64,000 bases of DNA from Octopus bimaculoides (Eukaryota). The notes under the pieces are model-generated. The model saw only the letters and a program-made list of their open reading frames with translations, searched no databases and was not told the origin of the DNA. Below are positions 28,736-43,300 of this stretch, piece after piece. Positions within the stretch are counted from its first letter, which is position 1. Every line of letters starts with the position of its first letter. Made by a program: the position numbers and the translations under genes. The DNA is taken from assembly GCF_001194135.2 (NCBI RefSeq), contig NC_068998.1:17520746-17584745 (forward strand), read 5' to 3'.

Positions 28736-29289
28736 TTAGAGAAACCCTATTTATAGTTCATATGAATAATATTTTTTAGTATCTGTTAATGAAGAGTCTA
28801 CTAATTAAGACAGCTAACAGTATTGCTAAACAATATAGTTTCTTGAGATTTCTGGGAGTCCCAGTTATCATATTAGATTGATTGTTTTCTTGTAGGCTAA
28901 AAAAATCTGTGAAGCTACTAATTTATTTTATTTTAATGAATGGCAGTGCCCCAGCATCGCTACAGTCTTAATGACTGGAACAAGTCGAAGAGAAAAAAGA
29001 AAAAGAAAAAAAGCATTTTGATATCTTTAAAAGTATTCAATTATGTTCCTTGTTACCATCATTGTTTTAAGTTTCATTGTTCTATGAAAGTTAGGGAACC
29101 TTTTACATGGTCACATGACTTGCTAGAAGTTGCAGCCAAATTTCCCCCAGATAACATTTGAGTTTAAGAAAAGGATATATTAGATAATGTTGTCCTACTT
29201 GCCCTTGAAAAGTCAGAATTGACAGTTAAAAAGCATGTGATCATAAGTTTGCTCAATCAGAGCTGATGGAGGGTCAAGTAACAACTGTA

Positions 29290-29520
29290 TGAGTTGAATC
29301 TATTTGCAGCAAAAGCCCAACTTTCTCACATCTGATCTGATCTCCCTACTTTTTCCCTATATTTTTCTAGGTCTTTGGTGTATCTTACACAGCAATTACA
29401 CACCACCTTTTCAACCAATATGCTTCATCCATCCATATAGCACATGTCCATATAAGCACAGTTACCTCTCCTGCACATTATCATTTGATACTTTTAATAT
29501 CCAGATGCATTAATACTTTT
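29290..29520 (-). mobile_element. RTE LINE C-terminal fragment
   Basis: Similar to the RTE 3' coding end at 11330-11400 (GRPRK-W-like region), degenerate. Confidence 0.55.
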
Positions 29521-30399
29521 TCTACTCACTTGAGGAAACAAATGCCTCTATTGACCACATTTATTCCACTCTTTTGAATAGAAGTTCAGTTATATTCTGT
29601 TTGATGTTTAAACTCTCGATTTTTCTGACTGTATCATAGCTAATGTATTTGATATTTCTGTCAAATGATGTAGAGAAGCAAGTGCCAGTTTCAAATGTTT
29701 CGTATTAGATACCCTTCAAAAGGTGTGTATGTATGTATTATACAGAACTATGATAGTGTTGCTAAATTACATAAATGTATGAATACATCAGTCAAATAGC
29801 CTTATCACAGCCTATTTATTTTCTTTTGATGTATCAGAAATGTTTGTTAAACAATTGACAAGCTTCCCTTGTTTCAATTTCCCTGCTTTAACTCATGACT
29901 TCTGGTAATTTTATTAAGTCTAAACAGAAAAATCTTTACAAATGATCTTTTATTGGCTCTCATTTAAGTTAATAAAAATGCTAATTCATAATTGCTTTTG
30001 AATATTCTTAACATTTATTTCTAGTTAGCTTCCATGTTATGAAAATGTAATTAAGACTTAGAGATTTGGCTTTAAAATCATTCAAGGCATATTTGATATA
30101 ATTTATATCTGTTGTTAGATTTCCAATGTAAAGCCTTTTCTGTGAAGAAATCAGTGCTGTCTTTGATAGTGAAATTTTGGGGGAATAATTTATATATTTG
30201 GTTTATAAATTTTCTAAAATGAATCATGCTGTTTTTAAAAATAAATGCATTGTGGTTTGTAAGTTTTCTTATTTCTGTCATTTGCTGGTTTGTATTGTAT
30301 CTTATTCTTTTACTACCATTACAGCATTGAATTTAAAGGGTTTTTCTATATTTTGTGTGTGCCATTAACTATTTATGTCACTTCTTTTTCCCTCTCTTT

Positions 30400-30462
30400 G
30401 GCCCCCTCTCTCCTCCTCTCTTTTTCTCCTTCTCACAGTTCCCTTTCATTTTCACCTTCTCT

Positions 30463-30496
<34 letters not shown>

Positions 30497-30665
30497 CTCC
30501 CTCACTTCTCACCTCTTTCTGCTCTCTCTCCTCTCACCTCTTTCTGCTCTCTCTCCTCTCACCTCTTTCTGCTCTCTCTTCTCACACCTCTTTCTGCTCT
30601 CTCTTCTCACCTCTTTCTCCTCCTCTCTCTTCTCTCTCTCCCATCACTCTCCTCTCTCTCTATCT
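30400..30665. repeat. CT-rich micro/minisatellite (tctcacctctttctgctctctctcc-like units)
   Basis: Visible tandem units. Explains the low-complexity L/S-rich ORFs at 30290-30715. Confidence 0.9.
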
Positions 30666-31993
30666 TATCTATAAATAGAATTATTCAAACTTATGCTTTC
30701 TCCAAAATGATGTGAAGAAAACCTTTTGTAAAAGGCCATTAAGGTATTGGAATTGTTAAAATGAGGAATACTTGATTAAAAAAAAAATGCATTTTGAATG
30801 ATTTTCCAAAAAAGTCATGTCTTTCTATTAGAATTTCCTCATTTTCTAACTTTAAAATGTTCCCTGAATGGAATGGAATCTATTCCAAAAATATTTTTCA
30901 AAACCACACATTTAGAAATGTCAGTTTCTCGTTATCTTTAATTATTTTTCTGTTTTATTAGTATTTCTCATTAATTTTACTCCTATATTTTTTCCCCCTT
31001 TGGAATTTCTGATGTTAATTAACTTCTGATAAATTAGGCAGAAACATTGTTATGTAATGCTTTTTATTTTCTTTAATAATAGTAGTTTCAAATTGAGAAA
31101 ACTCAAGGCAAATGTTTCACTGCAGATTAATTTACAAATAAGATGCAAGGAAATTTCTATTTTTGCTAATTTATTAGAATTCTATTTATTCTAGGTTTGC
31201 TCAATTAGGGTTGATGCAGGGCTTGAAAACAGAAGGTTAAAATGTCACCAGAGTTGGTATTCCTTTCTATAAATTATCAGTGTTCTAGATCAGGCCAATC
31301 AATGATTCTATACTCCCTACCTTCTTTTTCTTTTAATGTACTATTATCTTCTTAAAGGTGGTAAGGAAAGAAAATCAGTATTAATACTAATTAATGGAAG
31401 ATGGATAAAAGTGTGATTACTACCGAAAATTAGTTCACTATATTGTCTGTTGCTAACATATATGTTTTAACAAACTCACTGGTTAGTCACGACACCAGTG
31501 CCTGTTTTGGCACCATTTTTCTATATCTCACTGGTGGGGAGATGAGTCACTGCTATCTCTAGCAGTCAAACATTGACAAGAAAGATCAAGGAAGGTTGAA
31601 ATCATGTGATCTGGTGGTCTTGCTACTGGAGATGGTGGGGATTTATCTCTCCATTAGTGATATAAACAAGCATGCTTTTTGCACCAAAAGCCAATATGAG
31701 TTTCTCACATGGTATCTACCACAGTATAGTTTGTCCTATCAGAACATCCATGTTCAAGTGGAGATAATATTACCTCTCTCTATATTGTCTGTATTTGTAA
31801 AAGGTAAACATCTTAAAATTGAGTCTGATGTAAGGAATAATTGTTAGGGTTTAGTGGTGGGGGTGGGTATGGTTGTCAATGGTTGTGTCTAGATGAGGTG
31901 GAAGTTGGTGAGTTTTTAACATTTAAGTTATAACTTCTAGATTGTATTAGAAAAAATAAATTTTATTTCATATTGTCTCCTATGCCATTAATA

Positions 31994-32874
31994 CGAGGTC
32001 TGATCAATAAGTATCCGGATTATTGTCATAGTAACAAAGCTAAAGTTCACAGAATAAAGCCATGTGGCAAAGATTGACTTTGAACTCTGCTGTGCATGTG
32101 CAGTAAGTTTTAACATTCTAACTCATTTCTGCTGTTTACAACAGTGCTTGGAAGGAAAGTGTGTAACATGTGACCATCGCATTGACCATGACAAAAAGTT
32201 GTCATGGCGATACTTGCTCAGAGGCCTATGCAAAATTAGAGAACGTGTGTGGAAAGGAATGTATGAGTCACACACAAGTGTACGATGGTTCAGACGTTTC
32301 TAAGATGGTCGATAGTGACGAATGTTGTGGGAGACCCGAACCAGCAGAACTGAGAAAAACATTGCAGATGTGTGTGCAGCTGTGAGGGAAAAATCATCGA
32401 ATTACCATCCATGAGTTATCAGAGGATCTACAGATTAGTTATGGTTCAGTTCAGTCCATTATCACTGAAGATTTGGGTATGAGACACGTGTCTGCCAAGT
32501 TTCCGCTAAAACTGCTTTCAGCTGACCAAAAAGACACTCAGGTTTCTGTTGCACAAGATCTCCTTGATTGTGTCAAGAATGCTGAAAACTTATTGAAAAC
32601 TTTGCGTTGGCCTCTGAACAGCTATCGCCAAGCTTTTGGCAAAATTTGATGCAGATTCTCTGCTCAACTTTCTTTGTCATAGTCAATGCAGTGATCACAC
32701 ACTACACATCTTCCTTCCAAGCACTATTATAAACAGCGGAAGTGGGATAGAATGTTAAAACTTAGTGCACATGCACAGGAGGGCTCAAGGTCAGTTTGTG
32801 CCAAGTGGCTTCACTCTGCATGCTTCAGCTTCTTTACTCTGGCAACAGTCTGGATACTTATTGATCAGACCACA
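31994..32874 (+). mobile_element. Non-autonomous mariner derivative with long inverted arms and a 5' transposase (HTH) fragment
   Basis: TIRs CGAGGTCTGATCAATAAGTATCCGGA / TCTGGATACTTATTGATCAGACCACA, TA at both ends. Internal frameshifted GDTCSEAYAKL...CMSHTQVY-WFRRF...VCAAVREN/HRITIHELSEDLQISYGSVQSIITEDLGMRHVSAKF. Confidence 0.92.
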
Positions 32875-34079
32875 TATCTACTTAGAAGACTGCTAAGTAA
32901 ATATTGCCATTTCACTTCAAATCTTAGCTAGTAAAAAGAATGGTTGACTATAACCCATTTGATATCAACTATTCTAAAACTACCCCTGTTTCTATGAAAC
33001 AAGAAACATAGTCTGTTGAGGTATTCACGTCACACAACCTTCCATCATAATTTTACGTAAGATTTCTTTTAGTAACATTCTAAACACTAAATTACTAATG
33101 TTTACTTTAATAAATCCCACCAAAATTTGCCTGTTTAATATTTAATTGTAAGATATAGACAATGTGTTTCATTGGAAACCTAGCCATGAATGGGTTAAAC
33201 AGATTGGCAAATATGCAAACTAAGAATCTAGAGAAAGTGTTGTCATTATGGTAACCTGGTGAAATTGTTGCCTCAGTATAAAAACAAAATAATTATTTTA
33301 AATTATTCTGATTAATTTGTTATAAAATTAGACCCACATAGATGTCAGTCTGAGATTGGCTTAAGTTCTTTGTCATTGATTACCTAGTGATTATTAGCAC
33401 TGTTATGTCACCAAAGACTGGCCTTTGTACTTGCTTGTACTGCATTCATGGTAAATAAGCTGTTTGTTTTCTTCAAACTTCCTTAACTGCAATTGGAGCA
33501 TGAAAAATAATTTTTTAAAAAACATTGTATGCAAATGCAATCAACTGTCTCAACCAAACAAGTTACATTAATAATGAAGATTTGAACTTCCTCTAAAATG
33601 TCGTTTTGGTATTAATTTCTTTGAGTTCACACTTGAACCATAAGAAAGCACCTGAACCTTTTAATCCCTCTTAAATCCCTGAACTGCTGTGTTCTCTGTG
33701 AATTTAGCAAACCAATGTTGCAATTCATCAAATCTACTTCCCATAAGTCTGTTGCTTTTCACTGTGTAAATCCTTCTAAGAACTTCACTTCAGTGTCTGA
33801 CCTTATCATTTACATTTGTACTTTGCTACTTTGACATAGTTTTCTGTTCGTATTGCTTCAAATCAGATTTTCAATAGTTGAAGATGGAAGGATTAACAAC
33901 TTCATTTACCTTATTCTTCAACTTGAGGTTAAATCTTTCAAGATTTTATATAATTTTTTCCCCTTTTCCTTTTACGATTTTACTTGAATTTTCAAAGAGG
34001 CAAAAAAAAAAAAACAAATACAATTTCAAATAAGCCTTATGGTTTTCTCATTCTTTTTTTATTATGATTCTGTCTTATA

Positions 34080-34467
34080 TGAATAGTTTTTCATATTTTA
34101 TTCCCTCTTTCTTTAGCTTTTTGTCTCTTTCCCTCCTTTTCTTTCTCCCCTTTTTCACTCTCTTGCTTTCTTTCTTCCCCACTCCTGTTTGTTGTCCTCT
34201 CCTGTCTCTTTTATTTATTTTTTATTTTTTGCCCTCCTGTTAATCCCCCCCCCCTCTCCTGTTTTTCCTTTTTATTTGCCCACTTGCCTCCTTCTGTTTA
34301 CCCTTTCCTGCTATTCATTCTTGCTATCTTTCTCCCATTTTTATTACTTCTGTTTCTCTCCCTATTTTCTCACCCCCTCTACCACACCCACTCCTTACTC
34401 TCTTTCTCTCTCATTCCTTTCCCCACTTCTCTCTTTTCTCCTGTTCTTCCTTTTTCTGCCTTCTCCC

Positions 34468-34519
<52 letters not shown>

Positions 34520-34560
34520 CCTCCCTCTCCCTTTAATTTTATTTCCTTTCTGTTCCTTTT
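34080..34560. repeat. Polypyrimidine/(CT)n low-complexity tract
   Basis: Direct inspection. Confidence 0.9.
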
Positions 34561-36444
34561 ACATCAGCTCTCTTGCATGTTTTGCAAGAATTATTTAAAT
34601 CATTGATATCAGCTTTTATTAACAATGATATTGAGGTTTTATAACAGTTGTAAACCTGCTAGCTGCAGTCAAGCATTCTCATACTTGATCTGGTTAATCT
34701 TAGTGCACAACCATGGTTCTTAAGCAATGGAGCTAAAAATATGTTTAGACAGACTGGCTGTATGTGTATGCTTCATGTTGAATGTTTCTTTTTGTAGTTC
34801 TGTCTGCTGTCATGCAACATAACTTCTTGCGTATTTCTGAAATATGTACAAGTTGTTATATAGCATTCTCTACACTAGCTAATCAATCTATATCTGACCT
34901 TCATAGAAAATCAATAATTCCTATCTATATCAATATTGATGAAAACTGAATTTTTCTTCATATCTTTTTCTCCACTTTCTATTCCTGCATGTTGACACCT
35001 TTGTGTAGAAACACCAAATCAAATTGCTCAGAATTAAAAAAAAAAAAAATTTTTTAACACTCACAAAATATATTATCACTAATTATTTTATGTCCAATTC
35101 CATTACTGTTTAAAATGATGTTGAATATAAAAATATTAAACAACATATGCTTCTTTTTTGTATCTCATTTTCTTTTTGTGGGTGTTTGTATGTGAAAATA
35201 TTGACTTTGTTTTGATAAATACTTAACACTCTTCCACACTAGCAGTTTGTGAGGGTGTCACTTTTCACACACACATGCATAATCAGATTTAATTTGATGG
35301 CCTAGATAAAGACATTTAGATGGGCAAAAAAGTATTAATTTAATAATTACTTGCTAAGTTTTATCAAACTTTTGCTCAAATTTTCATTGTTTTGATATTC
35401 GTCAACAGGAAGTGTCAAACAGCAGAAAAATAAAATATTTTCAATTAATGTAGATGCTGGATCCTGTGTTTGTTGTTATAAAAGTATAGTTTAAATATTT
35501 CTTTAGCAATTCTATAAGATAGTGAAATGTTCTCATTGGAAGCAAATGAGTAGATTGTGTGTGTGAGTGTGGGTGGGGTTTCCAAACAACCTCATGATGT
35601 TATCTATAGTAAATTATTTATCTTCTGAAATTGAATATGATACCTTTATATTATCATAATTTGTTAGGTTTTTTCTCTTCTACTTTAAATAACATCTTCC
35701 CATTGAAGATGTGTCTGTGTTGCAATAGAATCTCAGTGTACTAAATGTCTTCATATGATTTTCAAAAATGTCTTGATGTGCTATTTGATGAATGTCATTC
35801 CAATGAAAAACTTTGAGTAATGGAAGAGTAGTTAATTATGTATGTGCATAAAGAAATAGAGAGATAGCTATCCGGTTAAGGTGCTAGACTGTTGATCACA
35901 AAGTTATAAGTCTCATGATTATAACAATTGATTTATCCTTATCTTTTGGTTCAGCTAGACTGACTGATAGCTAGTTTCACTTCTACTTAACACTTAAGCA
36001 GTTAGGAAGGAAGGACATTCAGTTGTTGATACAGTTGCTCCAGCAAAAAAACAACACACTCATGGTTGAAAACAGCCAAAATAAAAAAATAAAAAAGAAC
36101 TTTTGTTTTATCAACACAATATATTGTAATTTGAGAATATCCATCAATTTACAATAACAACCTTACTGTATAATCATTTATTTCTTACTAACTATCACTC
36201 AACCTTTTCTTCATTAGAGTAATTGTTTAACTCTACATCATTAAGAGTCAACAAGGAGTCTCTCTACATGGACATTCAACTTGTTAGTAATAACAATTAA
36301 CACCATACCCATTTTAAAAGAAAGACACTGTGGGTTATATAGTCTGGGGTACACTATTGTTTAAAAGAAAAGTTAGTTGGTCACATTTAAAACACTTTGA
36401 TCATGGACCTATTCTAGTATTCAGTCTTAATATTAATTATTCTT

Positions 36445-36870
36445 TTTACTCTTTTACTTGTTTCAGTCATTTGACTGCGGCCATGCTAGAGCACCACCTT
36501 TAGTTGAGCAAATCGACCCCTGGAATTATTNNNNNNNNNNTAGTTGAGCAAATCGACCCCTGGAATTATTCTCTGTAAGCCTAGTACTTATTCTATCGGT
36601 CACTTTTGCCAAACCGCTAAGTTACGGGGATGTCAACACACCAGCATCGGTTGTCAAGTGATGTTGGGGGTACAAACACACACATATATATACATATACA
36701 TATGTACGATGGGCTTCTTTCAGTTTCCATCTACCAAATCCACTCACAAGGCTTTGGTCAGCCGAGGCTATAGTAGAAGACACTTGCCCAAGGTGCCACG
36801 CAGTGGGACTGAACCCGGAACCAAGTGGTTGGTAAGCAAGCTACTTACCACAGCCACTCCTGCGCCTATA
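36445..36870 (-). mobile_element. Near full-length tRNA-derived SINE (same family as 19381)
   Basis: Reverse complement of aggcgcaggagtggctgtgtggtaag head through gactgaaacaagtaaaagag tail. Confidence 0.9.
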
Positions 36871-37154
36871 AATTACCCAAGTAAATTATAGAAACATTTC
36901 AGACCTGTATGTATATTCAGGTACATGCACATATATGTCAGTACAAGTTATTGGGAAATGAATCCCTTAGTGTTTGGAAGCAGCAGTTGAGGAGTTGGGT
37001 TGGTGTGGAAGTAAATAGATTGCAAGAAAATATATATGTCACATTCTTTTATTCTACTGGTTTCAGTCACTGAACTTCAGTCATATTGAGGTGTCATCAA
37101 AGGCTCGGTAGATCACATTGCCCCTCCCCTAGTACTTATGTTATTGATCTATAT

Positions 37155-37509
37155 CAGTGGTTCCCAAACTGAGTCGTGACCCACTGATGGGTCACGAACA
37201 GAATCCTAGTGGGTTGCAAAAAGTTATAAAATTACGCATTAGCTTTGATTAACTGCTGTCTATCGAGATAGTTCAAGACTCATGTTTTCAATACCAGACT
37301 GGTTGTTTTATCAAGCAGTAGGCTTTTTTAATTCTATTATTGAGCGTAGCAAGAAACAGGCTCATCCTTCTCACAGGCCTCAATGAAAATGTAATCTGAA
37401 ATAAATTTGTTTCTTTCATTAATGTTTTTACCCAGTAGAGTTAAGTGGGTCACCATAAACTGGTGTCATAAATAGTGGGTCGCGTCTCTAAAAAGTTTGG
37501 GAACCACTG
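37155..37509. mobile_element. hAT MITE
   Basis: TIRs CAGTGGTTCCCAAAC / GTTTGGGAACCACTG with a perfect 8-bp TSD ATCTATAT (37147-37154 and 37510-37517). Confidence 0.93.
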
Positions 37510-38749
37510 ATCTATATATTTTAAATTGTGAAGTTTGGCATTTTTTCATACAATGCTGCTTCTTTAAACAATACTGGTTTTGAAGTAAATGCAAACATGT
37601 ATATACATGACTCTTAAAGTGTCAATAGCTGTGGTAGGACACTACCCAAGATGCTGTGCAGTGGGATCAAACCCAGAACCACTTACTTGCAAAGGAAATT
37701 CATCAGCTACACAACCATGTCAGTAATTCTGCCACAGCTGTCAGATATTATAATTGTTTGTATGCAATAATACTGTTCAAATGTAAATAATCTTTAGAAA
37801 TCATCCAAGCTTTTAATTTTGTCATTTTCTTCTCTTAAGAGCATAGTATTTGAAGCATCAAAAATTATTAATAGACGTGATGGGGTTAAGAGAGAGAGGA
37901 AACAAGATGACTGATGAGCAGCCAGTAAGTTTTGAATAGCAGAATTCCATTTAGGAGAAAGAGAGGACAGAGCATAACCTGACAGGAACTGGAGTGGTTG
38001 ATGTTTAACCCTAGGTCAATATTGATAAAGTAGTTTTGTGTTCAAAGTTGTTTCAACCATGACTGTCTTTTTATATATCAAGACTACGTTTTCTAGTGTA
38101 TCTTTCCATTTTATGATAGTTAAGTGTCAATAGATTTTACTTGCTATTTCTAACTGGTTGAGTGATCATGTACAAGTTCTTTCTTTAGAGTTGTTTAACC
38201 CCAGATCAGCCCTGATTCAGCAGATCTATGATCAATCATTCCAGCCATGAATGGCTCATTTTTTTTACCCCACCGCCAAATTTTTTTTCACTCGTGACAA
38301 GATTATCCAATGTGTCCTCCTCCTTTTTTAAGATGGTCGGATTGAGATTTGACTGCTATTTTTTGTAGGTTGAATGACTGTATAGGGGTTCTTACATTGG
38401 ATTGTGACTCATTATGGTTATTAGCTATTATACATGTAGTTATTGAGAACAAAAGATAGCATGTCATCTGTATCGCTTTAAAGTCAGTGAGTTAAACTTG
38501 GCTATCTTAATCAGTAAAGTGATAAAGCTGGTCTTTTGCCATGTTCTGTTTCTTGTAATTATAATTTTAATGATAATTTTGACTAGTTGTCTTTGAAATA
38601 ATGTTTTGTTTTTGCAAGACTCCATAAGGTTGTTTGTTTATAGGTCATTTTGTTTTTTGTGACAGGAAATGTGGAGTCATTCATGAAGTTTAGAATATTT
38701 AATTTTAATGTTATCATATTTAATCTTATTTAATATTTAATTTGCAAGT

Positions 38750-38960
38750 AAGGCAGTAAGCTGGTAGAATCATTTGTGCACTGGGCAAAATGCTTAGTGG
38801 CATTTTTGTCCATCTTTACATTCTGAGTTCAAATTCTACCAAGGTTGATTTTAGCTTTCATTCCTTTTGGGGTATATAAAATAAGTACCAGTTGAGCACT
38901 GGGGTTGATAAAATCGACTTTCTCCCTCCCTCGAAATTTCTGGCCTTGTGCCAAAATTTG
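38750..38960 (+). mobile_element. SINE copy followed by a (CT)n tract
   Basis: ttctgagttcaaattc...tttcattccttttggggt...aataagtaccagtt shared with other copies. Confidence 0.75.
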
Positions 38961-38996
38961 AAACCAACATTTAATTTGCAAGTGGCTAAGACTTGG

Positions 38997-39036
<40 letters not shown>

Positions 39037-39044
39037 TCTCTCTT

Positions 39045-39109
<65 letters not shown>

Positions 39110-40234
39110 TAAGAGTTCAAATTCTGCAAGGTCTTTGATTTTGTCATTCTTTCTAGACAAAAAACAAAAAAACAATAATATACTTGGATTAATCACTTGT
39201 CTGCATCACTACTAAGCTTAGCTCTGTTATGTTTTGTAAGTATACCAATATTTACTCACTGTTTATGTAAAGATATTGCACATATTACGCAATTAACTAT
39301 TTTTTTTTTCATACTTTGCTGATTGTATTTATTTATTTTATCATAGATTTGAATAATTCATTCAGCTTTGATCTGCTCAGAATAACTAAAACAAAAACTG
39401 AGACAAGGCAAGCTAATGACTGATTTGGAATGTAATTCAAAATATTAATATTTTAGTCATTCAGTATTGCATATGTCTTTTACTGTCATTTACTCTTTCA
39501 AATTCATTTCAGCTATATATATATTTATATAGAGAGTTTTACTAATGCAGTGTCATCTGTCTTTGTTTTATGTTTGCATATTTTTTTCTTCTCACATCAA
39601 ATATTTTCTTATGTAGTTTTACCTATTTAGTCTTGTTTGTTTATTTTCTTATTTAGACATGGAAATTATTTTTGGTGCGCTCTATAGCTTTTCCAGTTCT
39701 TACCAGTTAATGTTCGTTTTGGATCTTTAGTTGTCAATGATTAAAAGAAGAGAAAATAAGCAGGGAAGGTTTGTGAGTGAAGTGCTTAATGCATAGTCAG
39801 TGGGGGTGACAGGAGAATGTATGTTTGATTGGAGGTGCTATGTTAGAAAGTTCAGAAGATGAGTAAAGATTATTACAATAATGATTGAGAAAGCAGGGAG
39901 GATGCACTTGACATATGGGCAATATGTACAGTCTGTCTTTAATTATTTCTGTTCAACTAGCTTTGTTACACTCCCAAGATCACTCCCATTCACACACACA
40001 CACATTCACACTCTTGTAAGTACTCTGTCATACATGCTCATATTCACACTCTGGTGTACACACACATACATCCACACTTTAGCCTGAAAGCACACACAGA
40101 CCTTTGCACTTTGGCATGCATACATGCACTTTCACTCAGCTACATACACACATTCTCTTGCTGGCACATCTATATGCACAGTTGTGCATTTACACATGTG
40201 CCAGGATATTTACCTGCATGCTGACATATTTTCA

Positions 40235-40333
40235 CACATGCTGGCACACTTTCTGTCACACATGCTGGCACACTTTCTGTCACACATGCTGGCACACTTT
40301 CTGTCACACATGCTGGCACACTTTCTGTCACAC
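40235..40333. repeat. 24-bp tandem repeat, ~4 copies (cacatgctggcacactttctgtca)
   Basis: Direct inspection. Produces the HTCWHTFC repeat in ORF 40104..40427. Confidence 0.92.
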
Positions 40334-43300
40334 TCACTCGCTATCTTTCTTAGCTTTTAACTTACTAGTTTGCATATTGGGTTATTATATTGGCATGAGT
40401 CCACACACTTGTAAGGAAATGTCTTGACAGTTGAATCAACTACATTATATGATTTATCAACTCTGGAAGATGAAAGGCTATGTTAGTTTGGATAGAATTT
40501 GAATGTAGAATGTTGAGTCAAAACTAAATACTCTACTGTTGATTTGGCTGTTTACTTGGTGCAATTTTGTATAGTTTTTAAAGAAAAATATTATCTTTAA
40601 GCTTAATTAGCTATATTGTCATTAGATTTTACTGTTAACAAATGTCAGCATATCTTTTTCTTTTTTTTTTTTTGTAGATTGCGTATCTTGTTCTTAATTA
40701 TTGCAATTGTTAGTTTTCAAGAACAAATAGTTTAACCCATTCCAACATGTAAATGATATTTAGCTATAAATCTTACTAAAAACTTAATACTGAAAAATTA
40801 CTATTAACATTAACATCTCTATTAATGACCAGTGGTCTATAATTTTTTTTTTTTTTTCATTATTTTGACTTGATATGTTCAATGAATATTTTAATTTGTG
40901 GGCGATATGTATAACCATGCAATTTATATAGGTAAAAATAAAATGTTATTTGTTTATCATTTTAACATTTCTTTCTTCTCTGTGCTGCCATGAGTCGGCC
41001 ATGTCTGTACAACAAGTTTGTCTTGATTTTTTTTTTGTGTTTTATGTGCTGCTTATACAAAACCAGTCATCAATAAAGCCCAATACATAGAATTGGTTTT
41101 GCCACTTGATATATGATTATATACAATTTTATTCTAAAAAATATACTGTCATTTATTTTGTTCTTTTTATGCAATTTCTTGCTTCCTTGGCTGATTTTGT
41201 TGTATTGATCAATATGAAGACATCTGAATGAGAAACTAAACATATAAACTCGGGGAATATCTGGGAGGGCAGGGTCTGCTAATGCTTCTATTGCTGCAAG
41301 ACTTCTTTTTCTTTTCCTTTCTTTTTTTCTGTTTCTGTTTTTTTTTTTTATTGCTTTCCTCTTTAAGCTATCTATAGATGTATATCAGCATTCTGCATCT
41401 GACAGCAACAATGTTTTACACATGCTGCATTATCCTTTGGATGAGACTTATTTCCTATTCAGTCTTTGATCGACCCAGTTTCTTAAATACAAAAATAAGA
41501 AGCAAAAAACTTTGACTATTTATAAAGTACATTCACATCCATACTGTCTTCATTTATTATTTAACTTCTACTTGTACATTGTGTTGAAGTATGTAGATTT
41601 ATTCCCTGTTAGTTTTTTTAAACAAGTAAATATTCTTATGTACAATATCTCCACAATTATTGTCCACTTTTTATTTTTACTGATATCATACACTTTCCTT
41701 CTGAAGTCTGTTTCAATACTTCTATTTCTTTCACACACAAATATTCAGCTCATTTTAGAAACTGTGCACTATAAAATCATCTCTTGACATGTTTTTTTTT
41801 TCCTTCTCTTCAGCTGCAGAGAATTAATTTCTATTAAAATTTTCAATATCTCATTCAGGGTTATTTCCCATTTTATAAACATCTAACTAACCCTATTATA
41901 CAGAAACATATGCAAAACTATTTTCTAATTATTGATGGATGGTAGTCTAGTAATAGTATTAACTTGGAATAGCTTTAATTTCTGTCAGTACTAATCTGGT
42001 TAGTCAAACTAAGTTAATCCAAACCCACAAACACAAAACAGGTGGTTACATGCTGATAACAGAGTATATCTAATTAAAATTTAAACAGATATTTCCAAAA
42101 TAGTTTTTTCTTTTTCTTACCTGAGATACCAAGATATATGTGTGTTTTCATAAGTGTGTGCAGAGGTATAGTTGTGTGATTTAATAAGTTCTTATTGCAA
42201 ATATACGGTTTTGTGTTGAATAATAACTTGAGTGGAATTTGGTAGACAGAAACTGTAGAAAAGCCCATTGTGTGTGTGTGTGTGACACACACATACATAT
42301 GCACACGTGCCTCATATGGACTCCTCTGAATGCATCTCAGTTTATCTAAATTGAAGTATAACCCAGAAGAAAGGTCTGACAAATCATTATAGACAATTAT
42401 AATTCAGTGTTGTGGCAAGCGTGTTTGTGTTGGTGTAAAAACAGGATGGTCAAAAATATAGCTTGGCATCTGAACAGATGTGTAGCCATAAAGTAAGTAC
42501 TTAAGTCTTTCTGATAAATAATGACTCTTGAAGGCAGTGCCCCAAGATGACCACAATCCAATGATTGAAGTTAGAAAACGAAAATATGGTATCCCAGTTT
42601 AATTCCTACTTGTTTTTTCTGTATAGGTAATACTTTAAGGAAGGCAAAGTTAACTTGCCTTTCATTTATTTTGAAGTAGCATTTTTTTTGTACACATCTG
42701 CACCTTTGTGTGTCGTACACACAAATGCAATATGTATGTGTTAGAGTTAATCTGACACCTGGTTCAATGCCACCACCTACCCTTGGGCATCTTTAGGGAC
42801 AGTGGACATTGTTGCAAACATTTGAGCTAGGTTTTCTGTCTGAGACATCTCCACATGACTTCCTCTATAATGTTTTATGAAAAATTAATTTTGTCTCATC
42901 TGCAACATCTAAAAAAAATATATCATGTAGAATATCTGTAAATATTTTAAAATTTCAAATGAAAAGGGATTAAAAAAATATCTAGATATTTAGGCTTTGA
43001 CATGTAATCATTTTTTTTTTTAATTAGAACTGCAATATCAAATTACAAGTAGTCTGTTTTGCTTTACTTGTTATTCAGGTCATAGGTTCATTTTGAATTA
43101 TCTTAAATCCACTTCCTTATAATGATTTTAAGACTTTCTGTGAGCTTTTATTTTATAATTAATTTTGCTGTTGAATGATCATTGATGTATTTTATAGAAA
43201 TCTTGTTATACTAGCACATAACAGTCTCCAATATTTTTATGCTTATTGGTTTTGTGCTAGCATCAAATATGTATTTTCAGTTCCCATTTTCACTCTCTTT

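Noticed and set aside
31596-31847. ORF MKSCDLVVLLLEMVG... as the SLC6 TM1 exon
   Set aside because: Only vague similarity and an in-frame stop just upstream; the exon at 48442 fits motif, phase and distance better. Probably a TE relic.
33354-33450. Frame DWLKFFVIDYLVIIST...LYCIH with a phase-1 gtaaat donor as an alternative TM1 exon
   Set aside because: In-frame TGA immediately upstream and no credible acceptor.
36501-36570. 30-bp direct repeat either side of a 10-N gap
   Set aside because: Contig-overlap assembly artefact inside a SINE.
37904-37945. ATGACTGATGAGCAGCCA|GTAAGT as a start exon or hammerhead core
   Set aside because: Phase 0 does not fit the T-ATG exon (needs phase 2), and stem II/GAAA of a hammerhead is absent.
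40235-40333. CRISPR-like array
   Set aside because: Head-to-tail identical units with no spacers in eukaryotic DNA; a minisatellite.
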